Assembly: GCA_965261395.1 (NCBI GenBank)
Contig: OZ253462.1
Coordinates: forward strand, 4,096,001-4,160,000
Direction: 5' to 3'
Source of the DNA: Candidatus Latescibacterota bacterium
GTDB taxonomy: Bacteria > Latescibacterota > UBA2968 > UBA8231
DNA length: 64,000 nt
Shown: positions 28,963 to 39,592 of the stretch, one piece after another
Layout of the letters: the number at the start of each line of letters is the position of its first letter
Numbering within the stretch: the first letter of the stretch is position 1
Made by a program: the position numbers and the translations under genes
Notes under the pieces: generated by a model
Database searches by the model: none
Told to the model about the DNA's origin: nothing
What the model saw: the letters and a program-made list of their open reading frames with translations, nothing else

Positions 28963-29823
28963 ATGAAAATCGGCACTCGCATGCCCCCGTTTTCCCGTCA
29001 GATCGGCTTTGACGCCTATGCCACGTGGTTGGCCGAAAACGGTTTTGGCGCGGTCGATACCCCGCCTTTGACCCGTCCAATCGCCCGCACCTGCGAGCAA
29101 CTAGGCTTGGCCATCGGCACCTCGGACGGCGGCGGCCAAGTCCTCACCCGCGACGCGGCCAAGCGCCGCAAGGGTTTGAGCGAGATCAAGAAGAGCTTGA
29201 GCGCGATCGCCCGGCACGGCGGCCACACCCTCTTTACCGTGCTCGGCCCGGACGACCCCAGCATGTCCAAAGCCGAGACCTTTGAGATCTTTGCCAAGGT
29301 CTATCCCCGAGTCGTGGCCCACGCCGAGAAGGTGGGCGTCAATATCGCCATCGAACCGTGGCCGGGCGGCCGGCCCCACTACCCCAATCTGGGCTGCTCG
29401 CCCGAGAGCCTGCGCTTGATTTTTGCGGCGTGCTCGTCGCCACGGCTGGGCATTTGCTACGATCCGTCTCACTTCGTGCGCTTGCAAATCGACTATCAGC
29501 GGCTCTTGCACGAGTTTGGCGACCGCGTGCGGCACGTCCATCTCAAGGACACCGAGATCATGCCGGAAAAGCTCTACGAATCCGGCAACTTGGGCGAGGC
29601 GTACAGCTCGACCTATGTGTGCGGCGAGGGTTGGTGGCGCTATACCATCCCCGGCGAGGGCGAGGTGGATTGGAACTTTGTGGTGCGCCGACTCGAAGAT
29701 GTGGGCTACGACGGCGTGCTCTCAGTGGAACTCGAAGACCACTACTTCTGGCAGACGCCTGAGCTGCAACAGGAGGGCTTGTTGCGCGCCAAAGACCATA
29801 TTGAGCCGCTGCTCAGGGGATAA
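28963..29823 (+). CDS. Sugar phosphate isomerase/epimerase (xylose isomerase-like TIM barrel)
   Basis: IAIEPW, YDPSH, HVHLKD, PGEGEVDW, SVELE. Confidence 0.9.
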   Translation: MKIGTRMPPFSRQIGFDAYATWLAENGFGAVDTPPLTRPIARTCEQLGLAIGTSDGGGQVLTRDAAKRRKGLSEIKKSLSAIARHGGHTLFTVLGPDDPSMSKAETFEIFAKVYPRVVAHAEKVGVNIAIEPWPGGRPHYPNLGCSPESLRLIFAACSSPRLGICYDPSHFVRLQIDYQRLLHEFGDRVRHVHLKDTEIMPEKLYESGNLGEAYSSTYVCGEGWWRYTIPGEGEVDWNFVVRRLEDVGYDGVLSVELEDHYFWQTPELQQEGLLRAKDHIEPLLRG

Positions 29824-29826
29824 GCA

Positions 29827-31431
29827 GTGGGTGCCCTGCTTCTGGTGCTCCTGCTGTCGGCAGCCAGCTATGGACAGAGCCACTTCGTCGAGGTAGCGCG
29901 CGAATTAGGCATCGACTTCGTCCACCACAATGGGGCCTCTGCCGAGAAAAATTTGCCTGAAACCAATGGCGCTGGCAGTGCTTTTCTCGACTACGACGAT
30001 GACGGAGATTGGGATTTGTACTTGGTCAACAGCGGGGACATGGAGCGGGGGCGGGGCACAGCCTCTAACCAGCTCTTTCGCAACGATGGGCACGCCTTTG
30101 CTCGGGTGGCCGACGCAACGGGCGCGCCCGGTACCTCCTATGGCATGGGGGTGACCGCGGCCGACTACGATGGCGACGGCAGCCCAGACCTCTACCTGAC
30201 GGCCTGGGGGCCGGACCAGTTCTACCGGCGTGAAGGGGGTGGTTATGTCGATGCGACGGCCGCGGCCGGCCTCGGCCACGCCGGATGGACGACTAGCGCC
30301 GTTGCGTTCGACTACGATCTCGACGGCGACCTCGATCTCTTCGCCGCGCAATACGTCCGCTTTGCCTTGGGTGAACAGCCTTGGTGCGGACGCGCAGACA
30401 TGGGGCTGCGCTTCTACTGCGATCCGAGGGTCTTTGCGTCCACTGCGGATATCCTCTACCGCAATGAGGGCCACGGCGTCTTTTCCGAGGTTGGCCGCCA
30501 AGCGGGTATCGAGCGCGAAGGCAATGGGTTGGGCGCGGTAGCTGGCGACTTCGATGGGGACGGCGATCCAGATCTGTACGTGGCCAACGACCTAACGCCC
30601 AATTTCCACTACGTCAACCAAGGCGACGGCACTTTTGCCGAGACCGGCTTGCTGGCCGGGACCGCGCTAAGCGCAGACGGGGCCAGCCAAGCGGGCATGG
30701 GCGTCGATGCCGGCGACATAGACCAAGACGGCGACCTCGACCTCTTCGTCACAAACTACCAGTTGGAAAACAACGGGCTGTATCGCAACGACGGATCGTT
30801 TTACTCCGAGATCAGCTTCAAGGCTGGCCTCGGCGATCTCAGCCTGAACCACCTTGGTTTTGGCACGGGTTTCTTCGACTCCGACAACGACGGGTACCTC
30901 GATTTGTTCGTGGGCAATGGCCACGTCCACGACAACATTGAAGAATACGACGAGTTGGTGACCTACGCACAACGGGCACAGCTCTTTCGCAATGGGGGTG
31001 CGGGTATCTTTCGCGAAGTGACCACTGAGAGCGGCCCGGCTTTCGCAGCCATCTACGTGGTGCGTGGCTCCTCCTTTGGGGACATTGACCAAGATGGTGA
31101 CTTGGACATTGCTCTCGTCAACAACGGCCGCCGCTTTGCCCTGCTGCGCAACGACGGTGCCGGGGGCAACTACCTCGCGGTTTCGCTGGAGGGTCGGCAG
31201 AGCAACCGCGACGGCATCGGTGCCCGCCTGTACCTATGGGCCGGCGGCCGTCGGCAGCTCAGGGAAGTAAAGGCGGGATCGGGTTTCCTCTCGACCAGTC
31301 AGCGCGACCCTGTATTCGGCTTGGGAACGGCCGAGCGCATCGAGCGACTGGAAATTCACTGGCCGGCTGGGGGGGTGCAAGTGCTCGAAGACCTAGCAGC
31401 GAACCAGCGGTTGCACGTAGTGGAAAATTGA
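29827..31431 (+). CDS. CRTAC1-family FG-GAP repeat protein with ASPIC/UnbV domain
   Basis: Repeated DxDxDGxxDL; C-terminal SNRDGIGAR...FGLG...IHWP. Confidence 0.9.
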   Translation: MGALLLVLLLSAASYGQSHFVEVARELGIDFVHHNGASAEKNLPETNGAGSAFLDYDDDGDWDLYLVNSGDMERGRGTASNQLFRNDGHAFARVADATGAPGTSYGMGVTAADYDGDGSPDLYLTAWGPDQFYRREGGGYVDATAAAGLGHAGWTTSAVAFDYDLDGDLDLFAAQYVRFALGEQPWCGRADMGLRFYCDPRVFASTADILYRNEGHGVFSEVGRQAGIEREGNGLGAVAGDFDGDGDPDLYVANDLTPNFHYVNQGDGTFAETGLLAGTALSADGASQAGMGVDAGDIDQDGDLDLFVTNYQLENNGLYRNDGSFYSEISFKAGLGDLSLNHLGFGTGFFDSDNDGYLDLFVGNGHVHDNIEEYDELVTYAQRAQLFRNGGAGIFREVTTESGPAFAAIYVVRGSSFGDIDQDGDLDIALVNNGRRFALLRNDGAGGNYLAVSLEGRQSNRDGIGARLYLWAGGRRQLREVKAGSGFLSTSQRDPVFGLGTAERIERLEIHWPAGGVQVLEDLAANQRLHVVEN

Positions 31432-31487
31432 CGATCACCGTGCCCCCGTCTATTATTCAGCCGACCAATTAAAGAGGAGCGAGCTAT

Positions 31488-32474
31488 ATGACCGGATTTG
31501 CTGTTGTAGGGTTGGGCATGGGCCGCAATCGCGCCCGGCAAGTGGCCGAGACCGCAGGGGCCGAACTGCGCGTAGTCGTCGATCTCAACGAGGACTTGGC
31601 TCGCCAAGTAGGCGAGGAAATGGGTTGCTCGTGGTGTACGGCCCTCGAAGACGCCTTGGGGCGGGGCGATGTGGATGTCGTGCTGGTGATGACCCCGAGC
31701 GGGCTGCACGCATCCATAGGCGTCGAGGCGCTCAGAGCCGGCAAGCACGTAATCACCACCAAGCCGATGGACGTCAGCACGAAAGCTTGCGACGAGCTGA
31801 TCGCCGCGGCTGACGAGGGCGGCCTCTTGCTCGGTGTCGATTACCAAAGCCGCTACGTTGACAACAACTACCGCGTCGCCGAAGCGCTCAAGCTCGGCTT
31901 GTTGGGCCAGCCTATCCTCGGCGAGGTACGCTTTAAGTGGTTTCGCTCACAGGATTACTTTGAACACGGCGGCGGCTGGCGCGGTACTTGGGCGATGGAC
32001 GGTGGCGGCTCGCTGGCCAACCAAGGCTCGCACCTGATCGATCTCCTGCTGTGGTTCATGGGCGTGCCCAAGACCGTCTATGGCGAGACCGCGATCATGA
32101 ACCACGACATTGAGACCGAGGATATTGGCCAGGCCATCTTGAATTTCGAGAGCGGTGCCAAGGGGGGCATCTTGGGCACGACGACCTTCCCGGCAAGCCC
32201 TTATTTTAGCGCTGAAGTCCACGGCAGCGAAGGGGGAGTGTTGCTAGACGCCGTGCTGTCGGGCGAGATGCGCGTCTTTGGCGACGGCTTGGAGGAGAAG
32301 CTGCACGCCATAGACAACCCGCTGGCCAATGTCGTCGAGGACGTGGTCTCGGCCTTAGAGAACGGGACCGCCTTGCGGGTGGATGGCCGCGAGGGCCGCC
32401 GCACCGTGGCGCTGTTGGAAAACATCTACCGCTCGGCGCGGGAGGGAAAGGTGCTGGATTACCATGACGGATAA
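31488..32474 (+). CDS. Gfo/Idh/MocA oxidoreductase
   Basis: VVGLGMG, GKHVITTKP, GGGSLANQGSHLID. Confidence 0.9.
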   Translation: MTGFAVVGLGMGRNRARQVAETAGAELRVVVDLNEDLARQVGEEMGCSWCTALEDALGRGDVDVVLVMTPSGLHASIGVEALRAGKHVITTKPMDVSTKACDELIAAADEGGLLLGVDYQSRYVDNNYRVAEALKLGLLGQPILGEVRFKWFRSQDYFEHGGGWRGTWAMDGGGSLANQGSHLIDLLLWFMGVPKTVYGETAIMNHDIETEDIGQAILNFESGAKGGILGTTTFPASPYFSAEVHGSEGGVLLDAVLSGEMRVFGDGLEEKLHAIDNPLANVVEDVVSALENGTALRVDGREGRRTVALLENIYRSAREGKVLDYHDG

Positions 32475-33492
32475 AGTGTGCGCGGCCCTCGTCGGGCTGG
32501 ACAATCCCCACAGCAAGGGTTGGCTGACCTCGCTGCAACACTGTGAGGCGGTGGGTCGGTTGGTAGTGTGCGCGGCCGAAGAATGTACTGGCGTCGATCA
32601 GGTGTATGGCAGCCTAGACGCGCTGCTGGCGGACGAGAAGCTGGGATTGGCGATAGTCTGTACGCGCAACGACCAAGCGCCAGACCTCATCGCGCAGCTT
32701 TTGCAGGCCGGCGTGCCGGTCATTGCCGAGAAACCGGTCGCACGCACGGCCGCTGACATCGTCCGCCTCAACGAAATCGCTGCCGCGCAGCAGGTCTTGT
32801 GGGCGACGGCCTTTTTGAACCGCTGTCACCCAATTGCCGGTAAAATGCGCGAACTCATCGCCGCCGGTGTCTTGGGCCGCATCGTCTCCATTGAGGGGCG
32901 GATGGTCACCAGCACCGTCCAGCAGCGCAACCCGGACCACTGGCTTTTTGACCGCGCACTCGCGGGCGGGGGGATCCTGCACTGGCTGGCGATCCACACG
33001 GTCGATTTGGTTCGCTATATCAGCGGCTTGGAGTACGAAAGCGTCAGCGCGTACAAGGCGACGCTGAGCGGCACTGGCATCGACGTCGAGGACGTGCTCG
33101 CCGCCTCGTTCCGCATGGACAACGGCGCGCTGGGCAGCCTCCACGCCGGCTATGTCCTGCCGCGCCGCTACGGCGATATCTACTTGTGTTTCAGGGGGAC
33201 TGCAGGGGATGCGACTTGGATGATGCAAGATTGGGATGGGCGCGGCGACCGGCTCATCGTCCAGAGCCAAGCCGAGGGCTGGGCCGAGGACGAGTACCGC
33301 CAATTCGACCTGTCCGTCGGCGCGGCCCCCGGGTACGGCGGGGCGGCCGGGCTTGGGTTTATCGCCGACTTTGTCGCCGCCAGCCGTGGGCAGGGTACTT
33401 TTATCACCAATGGCGACGATGCTTGGCAGGCCATGCGTTTTGTCGATGCGGCGTATGATTCGGCTGAACGAGGATGCCAACTCGAACTGTAA
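32464..33492 (+). CDS. Gfo/Idh/MocA oxidoreductase
   Basis: VIAEKP, GGGILHWLAIHTVD. Confidence 0.88.
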   Translation: MTDKVCAALVGLDNPHSKGWLTSLQHCEAVGRLVVCAAEECTGVDQVYGSLDALLADEKLGLAIVCTRNDQAPDLIAQLLQAGVPVIAEKPVARTAADIVRLNEIAAAQQVLWATAFLNRCHPIAGKMRELIAAGVLGRIVSIEGRMVTSTVQQRNPDHWLFDRALAGGGILHWLAIHTVDLVRYISGLEYESVSAYKATLSGTGIDVEDVLAASFRMDNGALGSLHAGYVLPRRYGDIYLCFRGTAGDATWMMQDWDGRGDRLIVQSQAEGWAEDEYRQFDLSVGAAPGYGGAAGLGFIADFVAASRGQGTFITNGDDAWQAMRFVDAAYDSAERGCQLEL

Positions 33493-33534
33493 GAAGCAAA
33501 TAGACGCGATAACCTAATTTTAGGAGGCAAACCT

Positions 33535-34818
33535 GTGAAAGTCGTAGATGTCGAGCGAATCGTGGTCGAGGTGCCCTTTACGCAACGCCAGCAAAAAATC
33601 ACGGCCCGAGAGGTGTACAACTGGTGTATCCTAGAACTGTGCCGCGTCACAACCGACAGCGGCCACGTGGGCTGGGGGGAGACGGTCATCCACTATACTT
33701 GGTCTAGGGTGTCCGATGAAGCGGTCGAGCGGGTTGTGGGCCAAAGCCCGGCGGCCCTGATGCACGACGATTCCTTGGGGGCTGGGTTGCAGATGGCGCT
33801 TTTCGACGTGGTCGGCAAGGCCCTTGAAGTGCCCGTGTACCAGCTTATGGGAAATAAGTGCCGCGATTGGGTGCCCTTGTCTTGGTGGTCGATCGACGCC
33901 TCGCCGCAGGATTGGGCCGCGGAGGCCAAAGATGCAGTGCAGGCCGGCTATACCAGCTTTAAGCTCAAGCCCCGGCCTTGGTGGGACATAGCGGCGCAGA
34001 TCGACGCGATCTGTAAGGTTGTTCCCCCTCATTTCAAGTTGGACCTCGACCCCAATGCCACCTGGCAAAACGCCGCCACCGCGATCCCCATTATCGAAAA
34101 GCTCGAAGCCTACGACAACGTGGCCATCTACGAATCCCCCATTCCCCAGGACGACATACTCGGCAACCGGCAGATCCGCGCGGCCAGTAACCGGCCCATT
34201 GCCATGCACTTTGGCTCGCCGCCCTACGTAACCCAGGTGCGGGAGGAGGTCTGCGACGGCTATGTGCTCTGCGCTGGCCAGTCGCAGGTGATGCGCCAAG
34301 GCGCGCTCAGTGCTGAGGCTCAAATGCCCTTCTGGCTACAACTGGTCGGCAACGGCTTGACGACGACGTGGGCCGCGCATTTGGGGGCCGTGCTCACTCA
34401 CGCCACTTGGCCGGCCATAACCTGTATCAATCTGTACAGCCACCAGCTTCTCAAAGAGGCAATCGACGTGGTCGGGGGGTATCACCGGGTGCCCGAGGGA
34501 CCGGGTTTGGGCGTGGAAATCGACGAGCAGGCCATCGCCCGCTACCGGGTGCCTGAGGAGACGCTCAAGTCGCTGCAGGGCGTACCCTACACGCTGCCGG
34601 AGCCGAGGATCATCCGCTCGGTCGTCTATCCCGACGGCAGTTGCGTACATCTGGCCCATTCGGGCCAGGGCTACAGTTACTTCGGTGGTGGGAACGGCCC
34701 GGCCCAAGCCGAAGGCGTACGGCTCGAAACGTGGGCCGACGATGGTTCCAAGGAGTGGCAGCAGCTATTTGCTCGGGCACAGGAACATCCGGTGCGCGAT
34801 CGCTGGCAGTCGCGTTGA
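33535..34818 (+). CDS. Mandelate racemase/enolase superfamily protein
   Basis: GWGE, ALFDVVGK, FKLK, DPN, YESP, PEGPGLGVEID. Confidence 0.88.
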   Translation: MKVVDVERIVVEVPFTQRQQKITAREVYNWCILELCRVTTDSGHVGWGETVIHYTWSRVSDEAVERVVGQSPAALMHDDSLGAGLQMALFDVVGKALEVPVYQLMGNKCRDWVPLSWWSIDASPQDWAAEAKDAVQAGYTSFKLKPRPWWDIAAQIDAICKVVPPHFKLDLDPNATWQNAATAIPIIEKLEAYDNVAIYESPIPQDDILGNRQIRAASNRPIAMHFGSPPYVTQVREEVCDGYVLCAGQSQVMRQGALSAEAQMPFWLQLVGNGLTTTWAAHLGAVLTHATWPAITCINLYSHQLLKEAIDVVGGYHRVPEGPGLGVEIDEQAIARYRVPEETLKSLQGVPYTLPEPRIIRSVVYPDGSCVHLAHSGQGYSYFGGGNGPAQAEGVRLETWADDGSKEWQQLFARAQEHPVRDRWQSR

Positions 34819-34859
34819 TTTTTAATTCTTTTTGATTATTACTTTCTATAGATAACATT

Positions 34860-36062
34860 ATGTGTGCCAATAAAATAACTGCTATACAAACCTTTGAATT
34901 GTCGCCCCCGTCGCCGAGCGAGGAAGGCACTCGACCGCTGCGCGAGCAGGCGTGGCTCTGGGCACCTGAGCAGGCCACGCCGATGGATAAATTCGCGCCC
35001 GAGGAGCGGATCATGCCCAAGCCGGGTGGGGTGATTTGGGTCAAGGCCATCGCCGAGGACGGCACCTTTGGCTTGGGTCGCACAGATTCGGGCCATGCAA
35101 CCCAGCCGATCATCGCCGAGTGCCTAGCCCCCCTAGTCGTCGGGCAGGAGGTGGGGGCCATTGACCGGTGCAACGATCGCATGTGGCGGGGGACGCTTTC
35201 TTTTGGCAACGAAGGGCTTACGGCGCGGGCGGTCGCCGGGGTCGATCTGGCGCTGTGGGACCTGTGGGGCAAAACCCTCGACCAGCCCGTCTATCGGCTG
35301 GCCGGAGGCCCGCAGCGGACCCAAATGGACGTCTATGCCACCGGCAACGATGTCGATTGGTACTTGGAGTTGGGCTTCAAAAAATTCAAGCTAGCTCGTC
35401 CGCACGGACCCGTTGATGGCCAAGCCGGAATAGACGGCACGGTCGAACTGATGGCCAAGTGCCGTGAGTTAATTGGCCCGGACGCCGACTTGATGCTCGA
35501 TTGCTGGATGACCTTTGACCTTGACTTTGCCGTGCGCATCTGCGAGGCGCTCAAGCCGTATCGGATGCGCTGGATGGAGGAAATGCTGATGCCCCACGAC
35601 TGGGAGGGGCACCGCGCCCTGCGTCAGCGCGTGCCTTGGCAGACGTTGGCCGACGGCGAGCACTGGTCCACTCGCCATCCCGGCATGAGGGCCGTGCAGG
35701 AGCGACTCGTCGATTTGATCCAGGCCGATATCTACTGGATAGGGGGCTTTACCGAGGCGATGAAACTGGCGCACTACGCCGATTCGCAAGGCGTCCAGAT
35801 GTGTCTGCACACCGGTGCCAACGACCCGTATGGCCAGCACTGGACAGCGGCGATGCCCAACACCCCACTGATCGAGTTTTTCATTGGATCCCTGCCTGGG
35901 GTGCCGCTGGCGGAGTGCTATCTCGGGACCCCTTCAAAGTGGGGGCAGCGGCACTACAAAGTTCCACCGGGGACCAACGTGCCACAAAACGGCCTGCTCG
36001 GTCTGCCCAAAGGCCCCGGCTTTGGGATCGACATTCCCGAGGACTGGCTAAGAAAGGTGTAA
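34860..36062 (+). CDS. Enolase superfamily acid-sugar dehydratase (L-rhamnonate dehydratase-like)
   Basis: DLALWDL, MLDCWM, WMEE, GEHW, PGFGID. Confidence 0.85.
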   Translation: MCANKITAIQTFELSPPSPSEEGTRPLREQAWLWAPEQATPMDKFAPEERIMPKPGGVIWVKAIAEDGTFGLGRTDSGHATQPIIAECLAPLVVGQEVGAIDRCNDRMWRGTLSFGNEGLTARAVAGVDLALWDLWGKTLDQPVYRLAGGPQRTQMDVYATGNDVDWYLELGFKKFKLARPHGPVDGQAGIDGTVELMAKCRELIGPDADLMLDCWMTFDLDFAVRICEALKPYRMRWMEEMLMPHDWEGHRALRQRVPWQTLADGEHWSTRHPGMRAVQERLVDLIQADIYWIGGFTEAMKLAHYADSQGVQMCLHTGANDPYGQHWTAAMPNTPLIEFFIGSLPGVPLAECYLGTPSKWGQRHYKVPPGTNVPQNGLLGLPKGPGFGIDIPEDWLRKV

Positions 36063-36064
36063 TC

Positions 36065-37075
36065 GTGAAAATCACCCAGATCGAAGAGTTTGTCACCGCG
36101 GTGCCGCATATCCCCGCAATTGAAAAGAGTCGTCCCGGCCATTACTTGGAACAGCCCATCAGCCTGATTAAAGTGCATACCGACGAAGGGATCTGCGGAG
36201 TGGGTGAAGGGGGACGCGGTGGCTCACTGGCCAGCTTAGAAGCCGAATGGATCGGCGTTGATCCCATGCAGGTCAACTTGGGAGACAAAGGCGGGGCGAT
36301 GATCATGGCCCTGTACGACATCGTCGGCAAGGCCCTCGGGGTACCGGCTTGGAAGCTGATGGGGTCCAAGCACTGGGACCGGGTGCCGGTGGGCTGGTGG
36401 TCGCCGCCGCTGGAGCCGCGCGAATTCGCCGCCATGGCCGAGGAGGGAGCCAAACGAGGGTTCAAGACCCACAAGCTCAAGGCGCGGCCTTGGAACATCG
36501 TCGAGACCGTCAAGTTGATGACCAAAGCCGCCGGCCCGGACTACGGCATTATCGTCGATCCGAATTTCACCTTTGGCGATTTGAGCACCAGCCTGCGGCT
36601 GGCCGAGTCATTAGAGCCGTATAACATCGAGGCATTTGAGGATCCCTTTCAATACTTGCCGGGCTGGCATCAGTACCGCGACTTTCGCCGCCATACCCGC
36701 ATCCGGCTCGCGCCCCATTTAGGCGATCCGCAGATGGTGCTGAGCGCGATCCGCGCCGAGGCAGCCGATTGCTTCAATCTGGGCGGCAACGTCGAGCGCG
36801 CACAGATCTGTGCCGGTATGGCCGCGGCGGCCGGTCTGCCGGTCTGGTTGCAGGTCGTGGGGTTGGGGCTAGGCGTGTCGGGTGCGTATGGCACGCACGT
36901 CCACGCGACTATTCCCAATGCGACCATCCCCTCCGACAGCCTACATTTCACGCGCGAGAACGACCTAATCGGCGGTGCGCTGACGCTGGTCGATGGCTTC
37001 GTCTCCGTGCCGGACGCGCCCGGACTGGGCGTTGAGCTGGATATGGAGGCCGTGGAGAAGTATCGCGTGGGGTAG
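36065..37075 (+). CDS. Mandelate racemase/enolase superfamily protein
   Basis: ALYDIVGK, HKLKARP, DPN, FEDP, PGLGVELD. Confidence 0.87.
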   Translation: MKITQIEEFVTAVPHIPAIEKSRPGHYLEQPISLIKVHTDEGICGVGEGGRGGSLASLEAEWIGVDPMQVNLGDKGGAMIMALYDIVGKALGVPAWKLMGSKHWDRVPVGWWSPPLEPREFAAMAEEGAKRGFKTHKLKARPWNIVETVKLMTKAAGPDYGIIVDPNFTFGDLSTSLRLAESLEPYNIEAFEDPFQYLPGWHQYRDFRRHTRIRLAPHLGDPQMVLSAIRAEAADCFNLGGNVERAQICAGMAAAAGLPVWLQVVGLGLGVSGAYGTHVHATIPNATIPSDSLHFTRENDLIGGALTLVDGFVSVPDAPGLGVELDMEAVEKYRVG

Positions 37076-37106
37076 GGCATTTATACCTAGGCACGGAAGT
37101 CGCACC

Positions 37107-39395
37107 ATGAAAAATCAACGCGAATTGGGGTCTGTTCTTCGGGCCTTGCTGATCTGTGGCATGGTACAGTCACCCGTAATGGGCGAGGAACTACGGATCG
37201 GGACCAACGCGGATTGGGATCAGTGGCAGCGGCCCGGCAACGCCATCGAAATCAGCCGTGGAAAAGCTAGCCCCAGATTCGTGCGGCGGAATATCGACGC
37301 GGTCGCCAATGCTGGGGATTTCGGCGGTGGCATTCGCGCCGCAGGCTCTAACAGTGGCGATGCTGGCAACCTGATCGACGGGAGCTTGGACAGCTTCTGG
37401 GCTCCCGATTGGGACGACGATCCCGAAAACATGTACGTCGAGGTCGATCTGGGCCGCGTCGTTTCCGCGCGGCGCGTGGTCTTGCGGCTCAGGGAAGATG
37501 GGCCGCCGCTGGAGTTGTTTCAGGTTCTACTGTCCAATGGCGAGCGCTTTTTTGATTCGACCGGACTGCCCCTGCCGAGCATTGTGCGCTACAGCGATCG
37601 CTTCCGCTACAGCTTCAACCAGCAGCGGGAGTTAGTCATCGAATACGGCCTTAAACCACTGCAATTCATTCGCATCGAAGTGGACTTGCCCACTGAGGGA
37701 GCGGGGATTAGCTCGATTGCGGTGGAGGCCGTGGGGGACAATATCTCGCTGGGGATGCGAGAACGCGGCGGTCAGGTCGATATCCTCAACGAAATCGGCA
37801 CGCGGGCCGAAGGCTACGAGTCAACGGGCAATAGCAACGCGCTGATCGACGGCGACATCGTGTCGAGTTGGCGCTACTATGGGTTTTCCCAACCGGGCGA
37901 CACTGAATTTACCTTTGACTTGGGTGCTCTGTACTGGGTTGATCGGGTGCGGATTTTGGGCGATCTAGCCGGAATCGCGCCCAGCAGCGTTGACTGGCGC
38001 TGGACCCGGCGCAACGCCATCCACTTCCCTTGGTATATCATCTGGGGGTCGGACGGATCGCTGGCACCAGACGGATCGCTGCGCTGGCAGGTCCTAGGGG
38101 AATTGCCCGAACATCCCCGCAATTTGCGCGATATCGTCCACTTTGAAGAGCAGTTCTCCCTCCGACCGCTGCGCTATCTGCGGATGCGCTATCCGAACAG
38201 ACAGTGTTGTATCACCGGTACGACGGCCGAATTCCAGGTCTTTGGCGAAGGCTATCCCGCTGGCACCATCATGCAATCCCCGATCTACGATCTGGGGGCG
38301 GTGCGCAACGCCTCGGCGTTGCGTTGGCAGATCGAGGTACCTGAGGGGACCCGCGTAGAAATTCGCTCGCGGACGGGCAATCTGTTGCAGGGATCCTACG
38401 TCTTCCACGACAAGAACGGCAAGGAAGTAACCGAAAGGAAATACGACAAGCTCATACCCAGTTTCAAAGGCCAGATCGATACCGTCCGTTCGCCCGGCGA
38501 CGACTGGAGTATCTGGAGTCAGGCGTACGAGCGGTCGGATCGGGGCTTTCTCTCGCCGGCACCGAGGCGTTTCGTCCAATTGCAGGCCTATTTGTTCAGT
38601 GACGACCCGATGCAAGGGGCGGTCCTCGACGAACTGGTTCTCAGTTACGACGAGCCTTTGGCAGCGGCAACGCGAGCGGAGATTGACCCGATTCAAGCCC
38701 AACCAGGACAGCGCACGGAGTTCACCTATTATCTTGGTTGGGACACAGGTGCTGGCAGCACGGGTTTCGATCAGTTACTCATGCGTTCAGGAGCAGACAT
38801 TGAACTGGGCGAGATCCGCTCTGCGGGGCGGGTATTGGACGCGGAGGTCTCCCGAGTGGATGGCGGATTGGACATCGCCTTTGCCGATCCGTTCGTCCGG
38901 GCCGGGTTGATCGAGCTCGACTTCGCCAGCACGATATACCGCCAACGGACGCCCTTTGAGGCGTTTATAGCCAGCGGTCGGGGAGAGCAACAGATAAGGC
39001 AACGGGTGGATGTGGGCGATGCCAGCGATGCGGTTGCCAGCGAAGGGATCGCCGTGTCGCTGCCCGTCAGCTCGGCGTTAATTGACGGACTCGCGTTGTC
39101 AACCGCGCTCGTGACCCCCAACGGAGATGGCATCGGCGATTTGCTGCGGATAGAATTCGCCCTGTTGAACGTCCTCCAGCCCCGCTTGCTACACGTGGCA
39201 CTCTACGACCTGAGCGGCCGAAAGGTCCGGGTACTGCACGACCAGCAGCAAACAGCCGGGCCGCTAACGTTGAGTTGGGATGGACAGGACGAATCCGGGC
39301 AGCTAGCCGCACCGGGGAACTACATTTTGCGGATGGAAGTGCAAGGGGACGCGCAGACGCAGAAAACGACCAAAATCATCGCTTTGGCCTACTGA
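37107..39395 (+). CDS. Secreted protein with discoidin/F5/8-like domains and C-terminal FlgD-type Ig domain
   Basis: LIDG...W...VDLGR twice; C-terminal TPNGDGIGD...YDLSGRKVR...WDGQDESG..PGNY. Confidence 0.8.
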   Translation: MKNQRELGSVLRALLICGMVQSPVMGEELRIGTNADWDQWQRPGNAIEISRGKASPRFVRRNIDAVANAGDFGGGIRAAGSNSGDAGNLIDGSLDSFWAPDWDDDPENMYVEVDLGRVVSARRVVLRLREDGPPLELFQVLLSNGERFFDSTGLPLPSIVRYSDRFRYSFNQQRELVIEYGLKPLQFIRIEVDLPTEGAGISSIAVEAVGDNISLGMRERGGQVDILNEIGTRAEGYESTGNSNALIDGDIVSSWRYYGFSQPGDTEFTFDLGALYWVDRVRILGDLAGIAPSSVDWRWTRRNAIHFPWYIIWGSDGSLAPDGSLRWQVLGELPEHPRNLRDIVHFEEQFSLRPLRYLRMRYPNRQCCITGTTAEFQVFGEGYPAGTIMQSPIYDLGAVRNASALRWQIEVPEGTRVEIRSRTGNLLQGSYVFHDKNGKEVTERKYDKLIPSFKGQIDTVRSPGDDWSIWSQAYERSDRGFLSPAPRRFVQLQAYLFSDDPMQGAVLDELVLSYDEPLAAATRAEIDPIQAQPGQRTEFTYYLGWDTGAGSTGFDQLLMRSGADIELGEIRSAGRVLDAEVSRVDGGLDIAFADPFVRAGLIELDFASTIYRQRTPFEAFIASGRGEQQIRQRVDVGDASDAVASEGIAVSLPVSSALIDGLALSTALVTPNGDGIGDLLRIEFALLNVLQPRLLHVALYDLSGRKVRVLHDQQQTAGPLTLSWDGQDESGQLAAPGNYILRMEVQGDAQTQKTTKIIALAY

Positions 39396-39406
39396 GTTTA
39401 TTTGCA

Positions 39407-39448
39407 GTCTCGATAGGCCGCATCGTCTCCAGGGCAAAAGCCGCCGCG
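39407..39448 (-). repeat. Diverged copy of the 3' end of the DHH gene (40456-40497)
   Basis: 34/42 nt identical; minus strand reads AAAFALETMRPIET vs AAAFTLETMLPMEA. Confidence 0.7.
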
Positions 39449-39462
39449 CGGGGTGGGAAGCC

Positions 39463-39491
39463 TTGCGATGGATACGCAAACCGCATATTTT
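39463..39491 (+). promoter_or_regulatory. Putative tRNA-Lys promoter
   Basis: TTGCGA-17 bp-TATTTT. Confidence 0.5.
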
Positions 39492-39514
39492 TTAATCAGA
39501 TACAGCACCGACTA

Positions 39515-39590
39515 GAGCCTATAGCTCAGCTGGTAGAGCACCGGACTTTTAATCCGTAGGTCCTGGGTTCGACCCCCAGTGGGCTCACCA
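39515..39590 (+). tRNA. tRNA-Lys(UUU)
   Basis: 76-nt cloverleaf, ctTTTaa anticodon loop, GGTTCGACCC, CCA end. Confidence 0.97.
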
Positions 39591-39592
39591 AA

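Noticed and set aside
14472-37107. Long N-terminal extensions in track ORFs (14472, 14882, 28669, 32383, 35636, 36993) and many antisense ORFs
   Set aside because: They overlap well-supported genes and are typical of high-GC shadow frames; starts were trimmed.
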